DNA from: Escherichia phage vB_EcoM_011D4
Reading direction: 5' to 3' (one strand)
Sequence record: MT478991.1
DNA length: 64,000 nucleotides
How positions within the stretch are numbered: the stretch's first letter is position 1; each line of letters starts with the position of its first letter. Position numbers and translations under genes: made by a program. Under the pieces are notes generated by a model that saw nothing but the letters and a program-made list of their open reading frames with translations, had not been told where the DNA came from and ran no database searches. This document shows, in pieces, positions 16,062 through 24,797 of the stretch.

Positions 16062-16381
16062 TTAGTAGCCTCCTTTAATTCTTCGGTAAACTCCTTAAAT
16101 GAGTCATTAAGCTGTTTCTCTACCAACTTGGGTTTTTGTGCTACTACATAGCCTCGTGTAGCGTCTTTCATTGCTTTGTTTTGTTCTTCGGCAAACTTAG
16201 TTCTTATTCCGTACATCTCCTTTTGTAGTGAGTCTACAATCTTCATCTTCTCATCGGTCTTTTTCTTATACTCTGTAAATTCCTGATTCAGTCGATCTAC
16301 CTCCTTTTTATTTTCCCACCACATATTGCCACCTACCCCCAACAACACAGATATGATAACAATGTATATCAGCTTTGACAT
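16058..16381 (-). CDS. membrane-anchored coiled-coil protein
   Basis: Start moved to ATG at 16381 (RBS GGGGGTAAT) downstream of terminator hairpin; TM then KE-rich helix. Confidence 0.5.
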   Translation of the reverse strand: MSKLIYIVIISVLLGVGGNMWWENKKEVDRLNQEFTEYKKKTDEKMKIVDSLQKEMYGIRTKFAEEQNKAMKDATRGYVVAQKPKLVEKQLNDSFKEFTEELKEATK

Positions 16382-16393
16382 ATTACCCCCAAC

Positions 16394-16420
16394 GACAAAA
16401 GGCGGGGAACTAGCCCCGCT
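16394..16420 (-). terminator. rho-independent terminator downstream of rnlA
   Basis: GCGGGGCTAGTTCCCCGCC then TTTTGT. Confidence 0.55.
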
Positions 16421-16425
16421 TATTA

Positions 16426-17595
16426 TTACCAATCAATCTTATCAGCCGGAATCAGTTTCTTATAATTCCGTAGATAGTAAGTTTTCATTGAATCCAGAAT
16501 ACGGTCATAATCAAGACCATCAAATGCAATCATCAGACACATGAAAATATATGCTTGTGCATCACCATGTTTACGTGATTCGATAGTCGCATTTGATGCA
16601 TATGTCTTTCTGTCTTCTCCCGCGTGTGCGTTATAAAATTCTGTTGCTGTCGTGAAGGCATTGCGAAGAATAGACCTGAATGCTTCCTCGAATAGCTCGA
16701 TTCGTTCCAGTGCTTCCGGTTCGCCTTCATATGCAGCACGCAAATCATCGGTTTCGCTTTCTACGACATAGTAGATCAGGTTATTAGGAAACATCGATGT
16801 GTTTTTAATGTTATGCACACCAATATACCATTCACTCTTCACCTTGAACATTTGACCGTCTTTAGTGCGTGCAACAATTCCTTCGATACCTTCTGCGGTC
16901 CGAACTTCATCAAGAATATTGCTAAACCGCGCTGAATCAACTTGTAACGCATTTACCAGATGAGGACGTAGGATTGCATCAGCGAATAGTATTTGATGCG
17001 GTACATACTCTCCTGTGACGTTATGGCGTACATTCAGAAGTGTTAGCGACGGTTCAGAATATTCTACAACAATTCGGTTGCTTGGTGCTGTATATTCAAA
17101 GTTGAAAGTATAATCAGACCCAATATCAGAGATCTTAGCGCGTAGATCTGCATACTTCTCTGAATACAGAAGACCGTTTGCTCTCTCTGCCTGGCTTGAG
17201 TACAAGGCCGCTTTAGACTTCAACTGAACATAGCCGTTATCAATGTATGTGCTTACTAGACTACCGTCCATTTTGTCCATGACCATTTCCACATCTTCCG
17301 GCTTAAAGCGAGCGCGATCATTCTCACCCAAATTAAAAAACTTCTCCATAGGACGAGATGCGATGCGGACCGGACGACCTTTATCGTCAATTTCAAACAT
17401 GATCCCGCGACACTCTAACGCATCTGGTTTATTCCACATTTCCGGTTTGCTCAAGTACAGATAACTAAAAATGCGCATACGGGTTTGCATCGCCGTAATT
17501 TCATCTTTGTAATAGAACGTATCAGATCCGTCACATAGTGCCATAAGATTTTTGAACAATGCTAAAACTTTTTTGTTGTTTTCTTTTGTTGACAT
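16426..17595 (-). CDS. rnlA: RNA ligase 1
   Basis: PDALECRGIMFE, VRIASRPMEKFFNL, EGIVA.. conserved with recalled T4 Rnl1. Confidence 0.88.
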   Translation of the reverse strand: MSTKENNKKVLALFKNLMALCDGSDTFYYKDEITAMQTRMRIFSYLYLSKPEMWNKPDALECRGIMFEIDDKGRPVRIASRPMEKFFNLGENDRARFKPEDVEMVMDKMDGSLVSTYIDNGYVQLKSKAALYSSQAERANGLLYSEKYADLRAKISDIGSDYTFNFEYTAPSNRIVVEYSEPSLTLLNVRHNVTGEYVPHQILFADAILRPHLVNALQVDSARFSNILDEVRTAEGIEGIVARTKDGQMFKVKSEWYIGVHNIKNTSMFPNNLIYYVVESETDDLRAAYEGEPEALERIELFEEAFRSILRNAFTTATEFYNAHAGEDRKTYASNATIESRKHGDAQAYIFMCLMIAFDGLDYDRILDSMKTYYLRNYKKLIPADKIDW

Positions 17596-17992
17596 AATTT
17601 GTGTTCCATTCTGGTTTAAATTTGGTGATCAAAACAGGTTCTTCGATATCGGCAGTGCTTATAATATCCTTACCCGTTGGATTCTCGATGTACAACTCAA
17701 AGCACTGGCGGTAATAGAATGTTACTGTCTTACCTTCCTCTAGCGCCTTATGAATATTCTTACTCTTTCGAGTATCCGCCGTTGGTGTTTGTCTGTTAAT
17801 GCTCGTCCGGTAATAATTGATCCGCTTTCTGAGATTAACAGTCTGACCAATGTATACCAGTTCACCATCAACCGCAATAGCGTAAAGAACATTTAAACGG
17901 TTCTTCTGAGGCGGTAAAATCACATCACCATCTTTACACTCTAAACATGAATATTTAACGAATCCATAGTTTTCTATTAGCTCATTAATCAT
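17531..17992 (-). CDS. denA: endonuclease II (GIY-YIG)
   Basis: VLYAIAVDGELVYIGQTVNLRKRINYYRT matches recalled T4 DenA; overlaps rnlA start by 65 nt. Confidence 0.8.
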   Translation of the reverse strand: MINELIENYGFVKYSCLECKDGDVILPPQKNRLNVLYAIAVDGELVYIGQTVNLRKRINYYRTSINRQTPTADTRKSKNIHKALEEGKTVTFYYRQCFELYIENPTGKDIISTADIEEPVLITKFKPEWNTNYVNKRKQQKSFSIVQKSYGTM

Positions 17993-18009
17993 TATCCTTT
18001 CCTCACGTC

Positions 18010-18035
18010 ACAACAAAGGCGGGATTTCTCCCGCC
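18010..18035 (-). terminator. rho-independent terminator
   Basis: GGCGGGAGAAATCCCGCC then TTTGTTG. Confidence 0.5.
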
Positions 18036-18042
18036 CACCTTA

Positions 18043-18441
18043 TTAACTTTCCAGAATATCGCGAGCTTCGTTACGCTCCTTGATGATTTTCAGGATAAAT
18101 TCCAGTTTTTCTTTGTTCAGTGTCCCGTTTTCCATTGCCTCTTTGACGGTGAACACTCCGCCACCTTGCCCGTATACAGTGACAGTGATTTCACCTAACA
18201 TCGTGGTATGAAAACCGCCAATTTTCGGTGATTCGAAAGAAACAATTACCTCGCGAACAGTATTACCGTCGTTGATTTCTGAGAGGGTAATGTCGTTTTT
18301 GTAGGCGGTTGCTTTAACCATACGGATCAGCATAGTCTGATCTGGGGAGATGGTCATTTTGTCCATTGCATGTTGCAATGCAGCGTAACCGAAAACTTTA
18401 ACGAAGTCCAGAACATCTTTGCGAGTTTGAAATTTAATCAT
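18043..18441 (-). CDS. hypothetical protein (132 aa)
   Basis: ATG, RBS AAGGAG; promoter cassette upstream; terminator hairpin downstream. Confidence 0.55.
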   Translation of the reverse strand: MIKFQTRKDVLDFVKVFGYAALQHAMDKMTISPDQTMLIRMVKATAYKNDITLSEINDGNTVREVIVSFESPKIGGFHTTMLGEITVTVYGQGGGVFTVKEAMENGTLNKEKLEFILKIIKERNEARDILES

Positions 18442-18474
18442 CTTGATACTCCTTAGTTGTTTTGGTATGGGAGT

Positions 18475-18503
18475 ATCTTACTACTCCCGTGATATACTGT
18501 CAA
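18475..18503 (-). promoter_or_regulatory. early promoter cassette; hairpin across -10
   Basis: TTGACA-17-TAAGAT. Confidence 0.5.
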
Positions 18504-18511
18504 CTGCTTTT

Positions 18512-18661
18512 TTATGCAACCGCAAACATCAACATTTGAACATTCTTGGCTGTATGGCTTTCAAAGTTCTGACATTCTTTGATAATGTCCTCTACTTTCT
18601 CGCCGGAGATCTCCGCGTAAGTTTCGATTGCCATTTTCAGTACCGCGTCAAAGTTGTTCAT
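18512..18661 (-). CDS. hypothetical small protein (49 aa), below ORF-track cutoff
   Basis: Hand translation MNNFDAVLKMAIETYAEISGEKVEDIIKECQNFESHTAKNVQMLMFAVA; promoter cassette upstream. Confidence 0.4.
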   Translation of the reverse strand: MNNFDAVLKMAIETYAEISGEKVEDIIKECQNFESHTAKNVQMLMFAVA

Positions 18662-18699
18662 TTGATTCTCCTTAAAGTGTATTTCGTTTCGATGGGGGT

Positions 18700-18728
18700 A
18701 TATTACTACCCCCGTTTCATGCTGTCAA
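18700..18728 (-). promoter_or_regulatory. early promoter cassette; hairpin GGGGGTAGTAATATACCCCC across -10
   Basis: TTGACA-17-TAATAT. Confidence 0.5.
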
Positions 18729-18947
18729 CTACTTTTTAATGACAAGTTCAAATTTTGCTACTTTGCGTCCGCGTTTATTGAAAGCCACCCACGGACGGTT
18801 TTCAATGTAGAACAACTCTTCACCTATAATGAATACTGGCTGATTGTAAAGGCGACCCATCAGGTCACGCTGGCGAATGGTAGTAGATTCGTATACTTCG
18901 CCTACTACAAAGTGTTTGCTGATAGAGTCGGTGCAAGTAAATTTCAT
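18729..18947 (-). CDS. hypothetical protein (72 aa)
   Basis: Start moved to ATG at 18947 (RBS AGGAGAATCAAA); promoter cassette upstream. Confidence 0.5.
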   Translation of the reverse strand: MKFTCTDSISKHFVVGEVYESTTIRQRDLMGRLYNQPVFIIGEELFYIENRPWVAFNKRGRKVAKFELVIKK

Positions 18948-18980
18948 TTTGATTCTCCTTTGTTTCGTTTCGATGGGAGT

Positions 18981-19009
18981 ATTATGCAATACTCCCTAAT
19001 GTGTGTCAA
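18981..19009 (-). promoter_or_regulatory. early promoter cassette; hairpin across -10
   Basis: TTGACA-17-CATAAT. Confidence 0.5.
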
Positions 19010-19180
19010 CTGCCTTTTTGAAAGTTTTCTGCTTTTCTTAGGTGAAATTTCGAGGAATAAAAATTAAAGTCTTCCTCTTTCACGATACTAATTGACGTTG
19101 CAAGGTTTTCGTCCCAATGGTTGATGATATAGAGATTTCCTTCCGCTCTAAAATACCAACGTTGTTCTTTCATGTTCACC

Positions 19181-19348
19181 TCTTAGCTAAACCAGATTTT
19201 ACCATCGTTAGATACTTCGCAGATCAGGCGATTGCGCCATGTGCAGAAGTAAACACGTCCGAATTTACCTTCACCTGCATCGTGCTCGAAAGTAACGCCT
19301 TTGTTTTTCTTAGCCATGTTGCAAGCCTGACGATAAGTTAAAGTTTTC
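19181..19348 (-). CDS. hypothetical small protein (55 aa), below ORF-track cutoff
   Basis: Hand translation MKTLTYRQACNMAKKNKGVTFEHDAGEGKFGRVYFCTWRNRLICEVSNDGKIWFS; promoter cassette upstream. Confidence 0.4.
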
Positions 19349-19381
19349 ATTTGATTCTCCTTAAAGTGTGTTTCGATGTGC

Positions 19382-19411
19382 GTATTATGCTATGACAAGA
19401 TCCGATTGTCA
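19382..19411 (-). promoter_or_regulatory. early promoter cassette
   Basis: TTGACA-17-CATAAT. Confidence 0.5.
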
Positions 19412-19459
19412 ACAGCCAATAACAAAAAAGTCGCCACTATGGGCGACTTTGAACAAACA

Positions 19460-19936
19460 TTAATCATGACCGTGATTTGCAATATCCGCTCGCGTCTTAT
19501 CTTTGTGATTTCCTACGTCAAAGACACGATAACCATTTTCACGCAAAACTTTAATCACTTCTGGGTTATCCTCAAAGACTCCGACAACTTCATCTTTATC
19601 AAAGGATTTAATTACCTCTAATTTGATGTGATAGTCTTTACGGGAATCGGTACGGCCTCTCATAAAGATTTTATCAAAACACACCCCGTTAGAAATTAAC
19701 CAATCAATTGTTTCCATGTAAGCATGTGAACTTCGTCCGGTGAGGATGTAAATCAAATGCCCGTTGTCGGAAAGAGCATTAATAACACGAATTACATCGT
19801 AAATGGGGGAATCTCCCCCACATGCCTTGTTATATTCGACCCATGACTCGACTTTATCAAGATTTTCGGTTGGCATCTTTGCTAGTCGATGTGTTGGATC
19901 TGTGATCGTAAAATCTAAATCGACAAAATATATCAT
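19460..19936 (-). CDS. HAD-superfamily phosphatase, paralog of the PseT 3 prime-phosphatase domain
   Basis: DLDFT, YILTGRS, FEDNPE motifs parallel DIDGT, ITCSGRE, VDDRDQ of the pseT product in this window. Confidence 0.55.
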   Translation of the reverse strand: MIYFVDLDFTITDPTHRLAKMPTENLDKVESWVEYNKACGGDSPIYDVIRVINALSDNGHLIYILTGRSSHAYMETIDWLISNGVCFDKIFMRGRTDSRKDYHIKLEVIKSFDKDEVVGVFEDNPEVIKVLRENGYRVFDVGNHKDKTRADIANHGHD

Positions 19937-21093
19937 AGATATTTCCCGAATCGGTTGTAGTCATTGTCTGTTAAATCGGTATTAACCTGAGATACCAGAT
20001 ACATAATCTCTACTTCCTGCGCTGCATTCTGTACTTCGTCAGAGTTCAACCATTTACGCATCCACGGTAACGGATGACGACGAACACTAAACGGGCTTTT
20101 CAGTCCGGCAGCACGCATACGGGAATCTGCCAGGTATTCTACATAGGTTTTCAGAATTTCCGGTGACAGGTTAGGAATTGCCCCCATTGCGAATAGGTGG
20201 TCTACCCATTCTTTTTCTTGCTCGACAACATCCAGAAAGATTTTCGTTGCTTCGCCTTCAAGTTCTTCCGCAATCTGTTTCCACTCATCACCATCAACCC
20301 CCGTTTGCCATTGACGAATAATGTATTGTGTGCCTTTTAAGTGAAGTTGTTCATCACGCGCAATAAATTTCATGATCTTCGCGTTACCTTCCAGTAAACC
20401 ACGTTCGGCAAAGCTGAAAGTACATGCAAATGACACATAAAAACGAATTGCTTCCAGTGCATTTACGCAGTGTGCACACAGATAAATCGAAGCCATCAGA
20501 TCTCGTTTTGTGTCTTCAAAAAATCTTCTTGCATCATCTAATGCTGTCTGATCGTCTCGTTCTTCCCAATAGCGGAGTTCTTCTTTTGCATTCTCATACT
20601 TACGAATCCAATAAAGAACATCATCATAATATTGCCCGATAGATTCCGCTCGCTTCATGATAGCAGGGTTATCGATGATCTGGTCGAACTCACTAGCCGG
20701 ATCAATGAAACAGTTACGCATAATGTGTGTATAGCTTCGGCTATGAATCGTTTCGCTGAATGTCCATGTTTGCAACCATGTATCGAGAGTTGGATCAGAT
20801 ACAATTGGACCAAATGCTGCGGACGGTGCGCGACCTTGAATAGAATCAAGTAATGTCTGATACTTCAAGTTTTCAGTAAAGAAACGCTTTTCAACGTCAC
20901 CCATATTAAGATATTGAATGCGGTCGGTTGCAAGTGAAATTTCTTCGGGGCGCCAGAAAAATGACAATTGCTTTTCGATCAGTTCTTCAAATACTTGATG
21001 ACGCTGAATATCATAGCGAGCGATACCCAACCCACTACCCAGAAACATTGGTTCGTTCATAATATCAACATGTTCGCGGTTAAATACGCTCAT
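19933..21093 (-). CDS. nrdB: ribonucleotide reductase small (beta) subunit
   Basis: 386 aa; di-iron ligand regions (EAIRFYVSF, RDEQLH); synteny next to nrdA. Confidence 0.88.
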   Translation of the reverse strand: MSVFNREHVDIMNEPMFLGSGLGIARYDIQRHQVFEELIEKQLSFFWRPEEISLATDRIQYLNMGDVEKRFFTENLKYQTLLDSIQGRAPSAAFGPIVSDPTLDTWLQTWTFSETIHSRSYTHIMRNCFIDPASEFDQIIDNPAIMKRAESIGQYYDDVLYWIRKYENAKEELRYWEERDDQTALDDARRFFEDTKRDLMASIYLCAHCVNALEAIRFYVSFACTFSFAERGLLEGNAKIMKFIARDEQLHLKGTQYIIRQWQTGVDGDEWKQIAEELEGEATKIFLDVVEQEKEWVDHLFAMGAIPNLSPEILKTYVEYLADSRMRAAGLKSPFSVRRHPLPWMRKWLNSDEVQNAAQEVEIMYLVSQVNTDLTDNDYNRFGKYL

Positions 21094-21108
21094 TAATTCA
21101 CCTCACTA

Positions 21109-21276
21109 TCACTTTTTAACACAAAAGAACTTAGTATTTCTGTTAACTTCGCTATCCTGCTGCAATTCCTGCACAGCTTCAAAACAATTTTGATGTGATG
21201 AAAACTCTACGCTGGTAACAGTTCCTTTATTATATGATCCTACGCTAACGGAAAGCAATAACCATAATGTAGCCAT
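21109..21276 (-). CDS. small hydrophobic-N-terminus protein (55 aa), paralog E1
   Basis: Hand translation MATLWLLLSVSVGSYNKGTVTSVEFSSHQNCFEAVQELQQDSEVNRNTKFFCVKK; TAATG coupling to upstream gene. Confidence 0.4.
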   Translation of the reverse strand: MATLWLLLSVSVGSYNKGTVTSVEFSSHQNCFEAVQELQQDSEVNRNTKFFCVKK

Positions 21277-21449
21277 TAGTTCACCTTTTGTTTTTCAACG
21301 CAATATAGATTCATAAAGCGTTTATTGTCTTCACGGATAATCTCGCGAGCTTTAACGCAATCCTGCTTTGTGGAAAATTCAATGCTTGACATATTTCCGT
21401 AATTATACATTGAATTGCTTATTGCAATCAATAACCATACAGTAGCCAT
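21276..21449 (-). CDS. small hydrophobic-N-terminus protein (57 aa), paralog E2
   Basis: Hand translation MATVWLLIAISNSMYNYGNMSSIEFSTKQDCVKAREIIREDNKRFMNLYCVEKQKVN; TAATG coupling. Confidence 0.4.
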   Translation of the reverse strand: MATVWLLIAISNSMYNYGNMSSIEFSTKQDCVKAREIIREDNKRFMNLYCVEKQKVN

Positions 21450-21616
21450 TATCCGACAACCTCAAAACATTTATCATCAGGAAGAATAGCCCATTCTACG
21501 CCGTATTCATCCTTAACGTAGTAGCAAGTCCCATCATGTCGAGCATCATATTCATCACCGACAACAAAGCTATCAGCTAGTTCAAAATCTACAGCAACAC
21601 ATTTTAATTTGGTCAT
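21449..21616 (-). CDS. hypothetical small protein (55 aa)
   Basis: Start moved to ATG at 21616 (RBS GAGGATTTTATT); promoter with palindromic spacer upstream. Confidence 0.45.
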   Translation of the reverse strand: MTKLKCVAVDFELADSFVVGDEYDARHDGTCYYVKDEYGVEWAILPDDKCFEVVG

Positions 21617-21647
21617 AATAAAATCCTCACTTGTTTTTGATGGTTGT

Positions 21648-21676
21648 ATTATAGCGGGGATTTCTCCCCGCGTCAA
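21648..21676 (-). promoter_or_regulatory. early promoter cassette; palindromic spacer CGGGGAGAAATCCCCGC
   Basis: TTGACG-17-TATAAT. Confidence 0.5.
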
Positions 21677-21684
21677 CACTTATT

Positions 21685-23928
21685 TTACAGCTTGCAAGAT
21701 GAGCACTCGCTAGCGTCTTCCGTACCATCAGCACCATCACGCACGTTAGCGTAATACAGGGTTTTCAGACCGTAATATTGAGCAAACAGCATATCATCTA
21801 ACACATCAGCAATATCGACTTTACCAGTCTTATAAGTGCTTGGATCATAGGATGTATTGGAACTAATCGCCTGATCTACAAACTTCTGCATGATCGCTGC
21901 CAGTGTCAGATAGGGCTTGTTACCTTTCTTGATCAGTGTCCAAAGCAGGTCAATAACATCAGCATTATTCTCTACGTTCGGAATAACCTGATTAAATTGC
22001 CCTTCTTTCGATCCTTTAACCGATACAATCCCGCGAGGCGGTTCAATACCATTTGTGCTGTTAGACACCTGAGAGGACGACTCACAAGGCATCAGCGCCG
22101 ACAGTGTACTGTTACGAATGCCATATTTTTTCAGGTCTTCGCGCAGTTCTTCCCAATCCATCTCATACACCGGATCAACCAGTTCATCTACTGTCTTTTT
22201 GTACCAGTCGATAGGAAGTTCACCGCGACCATAGCGTGTTTCGTGCATCAGTTCGCAAGCACCCTTCTCTTTAGCCAGTCGCACACTAGCCTTAATCAGA
22301 GCATATTGCAAGCGTTCAAACGTTTTATGCGTAAACTCGTTAGCGTCTTCATATGTGAAGAAATTATCTGCTAGATATGATGCAAAGTTAGTAACACCAA
22401 CACCCAGAGAGCGACGTTTTTTGGCTGTCAGAGCTTGTTCTACAGGATAATCCTGATAATCTAACAGGTTGTCAAGTGCACGCACCATAACCATAGCAAT
22501 GCGTTCTACTTCTTCCATATTTTCGATATCGAAATTACCTAAAACATATGCTGCCAAAGTACATAGGCTAATTTCTGAATCATCCCGACCCATCGGTTTA
22601 GTAGGCAGTGCAATTTCACAACACAGGTTAGATTGTTTAATCGGTGCTACATTACGAATAAACGCCCCATGATTGTTCATGTTGTCTGTGAACGTTGGGT
22701 AGATTCGACCAGTGTTAAAACGTTCAATTGCCACCGCTAAAAACAGGTCTTCGGCTTTAACACGAGTTTTACGAACACTCGGATCTTTTTCCAGTTTTTC
22801 GTAAAGCTGGCGGAAACCTTCCTCATCTCGGAAGTACAGATCCCACAACAAGCCACCCGCAACATCTGGACTAAACAGAGTAATGTAATCCCGTTTAAGG
22901 AATCGCTCTACCATCAGGTTATTAATCTGTACGCCGTAATCAAGATGACGAATGCGGTTATCTTCCACCCCCTTATTGTTCTTCAACACAATCAGACTTT
23001 CAAACTCTAAATGCCACATTGGGTAATAGAGAGTCGCCGCCCCGCCACGAATACCGCCTTGTGAGCATGACTTAACGGCAGTCTGAAAATGTTTCCAGAA
23101 TGGGATAACGCCAGTATGACGAACTTCACCATGCCCGATCTTAGATCCTTCCGCGCGAATCATACCAGCATTGATACCGATACCAGCACGCTTACTAATA
23201 TACTTGATGATTGCATTTGCTGTTTCGTTGATGCCCTGCAATGAGTCATCACTTTCAATAACCACACACGAACTAAATTGTCGTGTCGGGGTACGCACAC
23301 CCGCCATAATCGGAGTAGGCAGAGAGATTTGCTTATTCGCAACAGCATTATAAAAATCAATCACATGTTCAAGTCGATTTTCTGTCTCTTCTTGATGCAA
23401 GCACATACCGATCAGCATATACGCAAATTGCGGTGTTTCAATGATTTTCTTAGTGCTGCGATCCTGAACAAGATATTTCTCTTTTAACTGCATCGCACCA
23501 GCGTAGGTCATTTTAAAATCAAGTTTATGATCGATGAATTTCTCCAGATATTCCACTTCTTCGCGGGAATACTTTTGCAGAATTTCGCGATCATATTTTC
23601 CGGTTGCAATATTACGCTCAATATGGCTATAAAAATCAATCGGTTGGAATTGACCGTATACTGATTTACGAAGCGCGAACATTGCAAGGTTACTTGCTAC
23701 ATATTGATAATCAGGTGTTTCTACAGTAATGTTATCTGCGGCGACCTTAATCAATACTTTCTGGATATCATTGGTAGACATACCTTCTGTCAGAAGTGGT
23801 TCAACCATATCAAACAATTCATATGGATCAACGTTATGACCTTCGGCTGCCGCTTCCAGAATTTTCATTACTTTTTCTTTTTCAAACGGAACAGTCAGAC
23901 CGGAAGACTTAACAACATTTTTAATCAT
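21685..23928 (-). CDS. nrdA: ribonucleotide reductase large (alpha) subunit
   Basis: 747 aa; ATP-cone N-terminus; catalytic-site regions (NLCCEI, PCESS); synteny. Confidence 0.9.
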   Translation of the reverse strand: MIKNVVKSSGLTVPFEKEKVMKILEAAAEGHNVDPYELFDMVEPLLTEGMSTNDIQKVLIKVAADNITVETPDYQYVASNLAMFALRKSVYGQFQPIDFYSHIERNIATGKYDREILQKYSREEVEYLEKFIDHKLDFKMTYAGAMQLKEKYLVQDRSTKKIIETPQFAYMLIGMCLHQEETENRLEHVIDFYNAVANKQISLPTPIMAGVRTPTRQFSSCVVIESDDSLQGINETANAIIKYISKRAGIGINAGMIRAEGSKIGHGEVRHTGVIPFWKHFQTAVKSCSQGGIRGGAATLYYPMWHLEFESLIVLKNNKGVEDNRIRHLDYGVQINNLMVERFLKRDYITLFSPDVAGGLLWDLYFRDEEGFRQLYEKLEKDPSVRKTRVKAEDLFLAVAIERFNTGRIYPTFTDNMNNHGAFIRNVAPIKQSNLCCEIALPTKPMGRDDSEISLCTLAAYVLGNFDIENMEEVERIAMVMVRALDNLLDYQDYPVEQALTAKKRRSLGVGVTNFASYLADNFFTYEDANEFTHKTFERLQYALIKASVRLAKEKGACELMHETRYGRGELPIDWYKKTVDELVDPVYEMDWEELREDLKKYGIRNSTLSALMPCESSSQVSNSTNGIEPPRGIVSVKGSKEGQFNQVIPNVENNADVIDLLWTLIKKGNKPYLTLAAIMQKFVDQAISSNTSYDPSTYKTGKVDIADVLDDMLFAQYYGLKTLYYANVRDGADGTEDASECSSCKL

Positions 23929-23956
23929 ATTACCTCACTTCATATTTTAGCAGGAA

Positions 23957-23997
23957 CAAGTTTATCCTCCATATTGGGGGCTTTCGCCCCCCTTTGT
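23957..23997 (-). repeat. direct repeat with GGGGGCGAAAGCCCCC hairpin, left flank of methyltransferase pseudogene
   Basis: About 35-bp match to the copy at 24757-24797. Confidence 0.5.
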
Positions 23998-24754
23998 TAC
24001 AAGTCTAACGTATTTTGATGTATTCTGTCAACGGCAATTTGATAATATTTTTCGTCTTTCTCTATGCCGACAAAATTTCGATTTAAGTTTCGACACGCAA
24101 CACCAGTTGTTCCACTTCCCATAGTAAAATCCAGAACAGTTTCCCCCTCGTTGGTGTAAGTTTTTATCAGATATTCCATTAACTCTACTGGTTTCTGTGT
24201 TGGGTGCAATCCTCTTTCTTTACATCGACCGGAATAACTTACAATAGATTCTGGGCATTTGGTATCGTATGTTTTATTATTATAGCTTTGGTTTGTGACT
24301 AAAGGGATCGCCCCACTTTCATTTTTGTTGCTTCCTTTTTTAATTGGCTTGTCTCTTTTCGTCATTTGCGGATAATAAAGTGGCATTTTCCAGTTCTTGA
24401 AAATATGATAACATCTTCATGAATTTTTAACGGTTGTCGTTTTGCTTGAACAAAATTTGCCGCAAATTTTTTATCCCACACCCAAGAATAACAGAATCCG
24501 TTCATATTACTATGAATTAATGCCGTTGTGAATGGTTGAGACGCGGTCATGACAATGGCATTTTTAGGTTTAATTATTCTATTAATCGCCGCCCACATTT
24601 CAGTAAATGGTATAACACTATCCCATTTACACGCTGTTGTTCCATATGGAGGATCACAAAGAATTAAATCTACGCTTTCCGTTTCAATTTCTTTCATCAG
24701 TTCCAGACAATCCCCGTTCATCAACCAGATTTTGTCAGTTCTAACGTCATTCAT
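23997..24754 (-). pseudogene. beta-class DNA methyltransferase (N6A or N4C) split by a +1 frameshift
   Basis: ORF 24362-24754 has DPPY motif IV; ORF 23997-24386 has HPTQKP and DFTMGSGTT (motif I); the two overlap by 25 nt in different frames. Confidence 0.55.
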
Positions 24755-24756
24755 GA

Positions 24757-24797
24757 TATACTATTCCTCATAAATGGGGGCTTTCGCCCCCTTTGTT
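24757..24797 (-). repeat. direct repeat with GGGGGCGAAAGCCCCC hairpin, right flank of methyltransferase pseudogene
   Basis: About 35-bp match to the copy at 23957-23997. Confidence 0.5.

Noticed and set aside
19006-19171. Second small minus-strand gene downstream of 19181-19348
   Set aside because: Careful translation gives only a 27-codon frame (MKEQRWYFRAGKSLYHQPLGRKPCNVN) before a stop; the first, longer reading was a transcription error on my part
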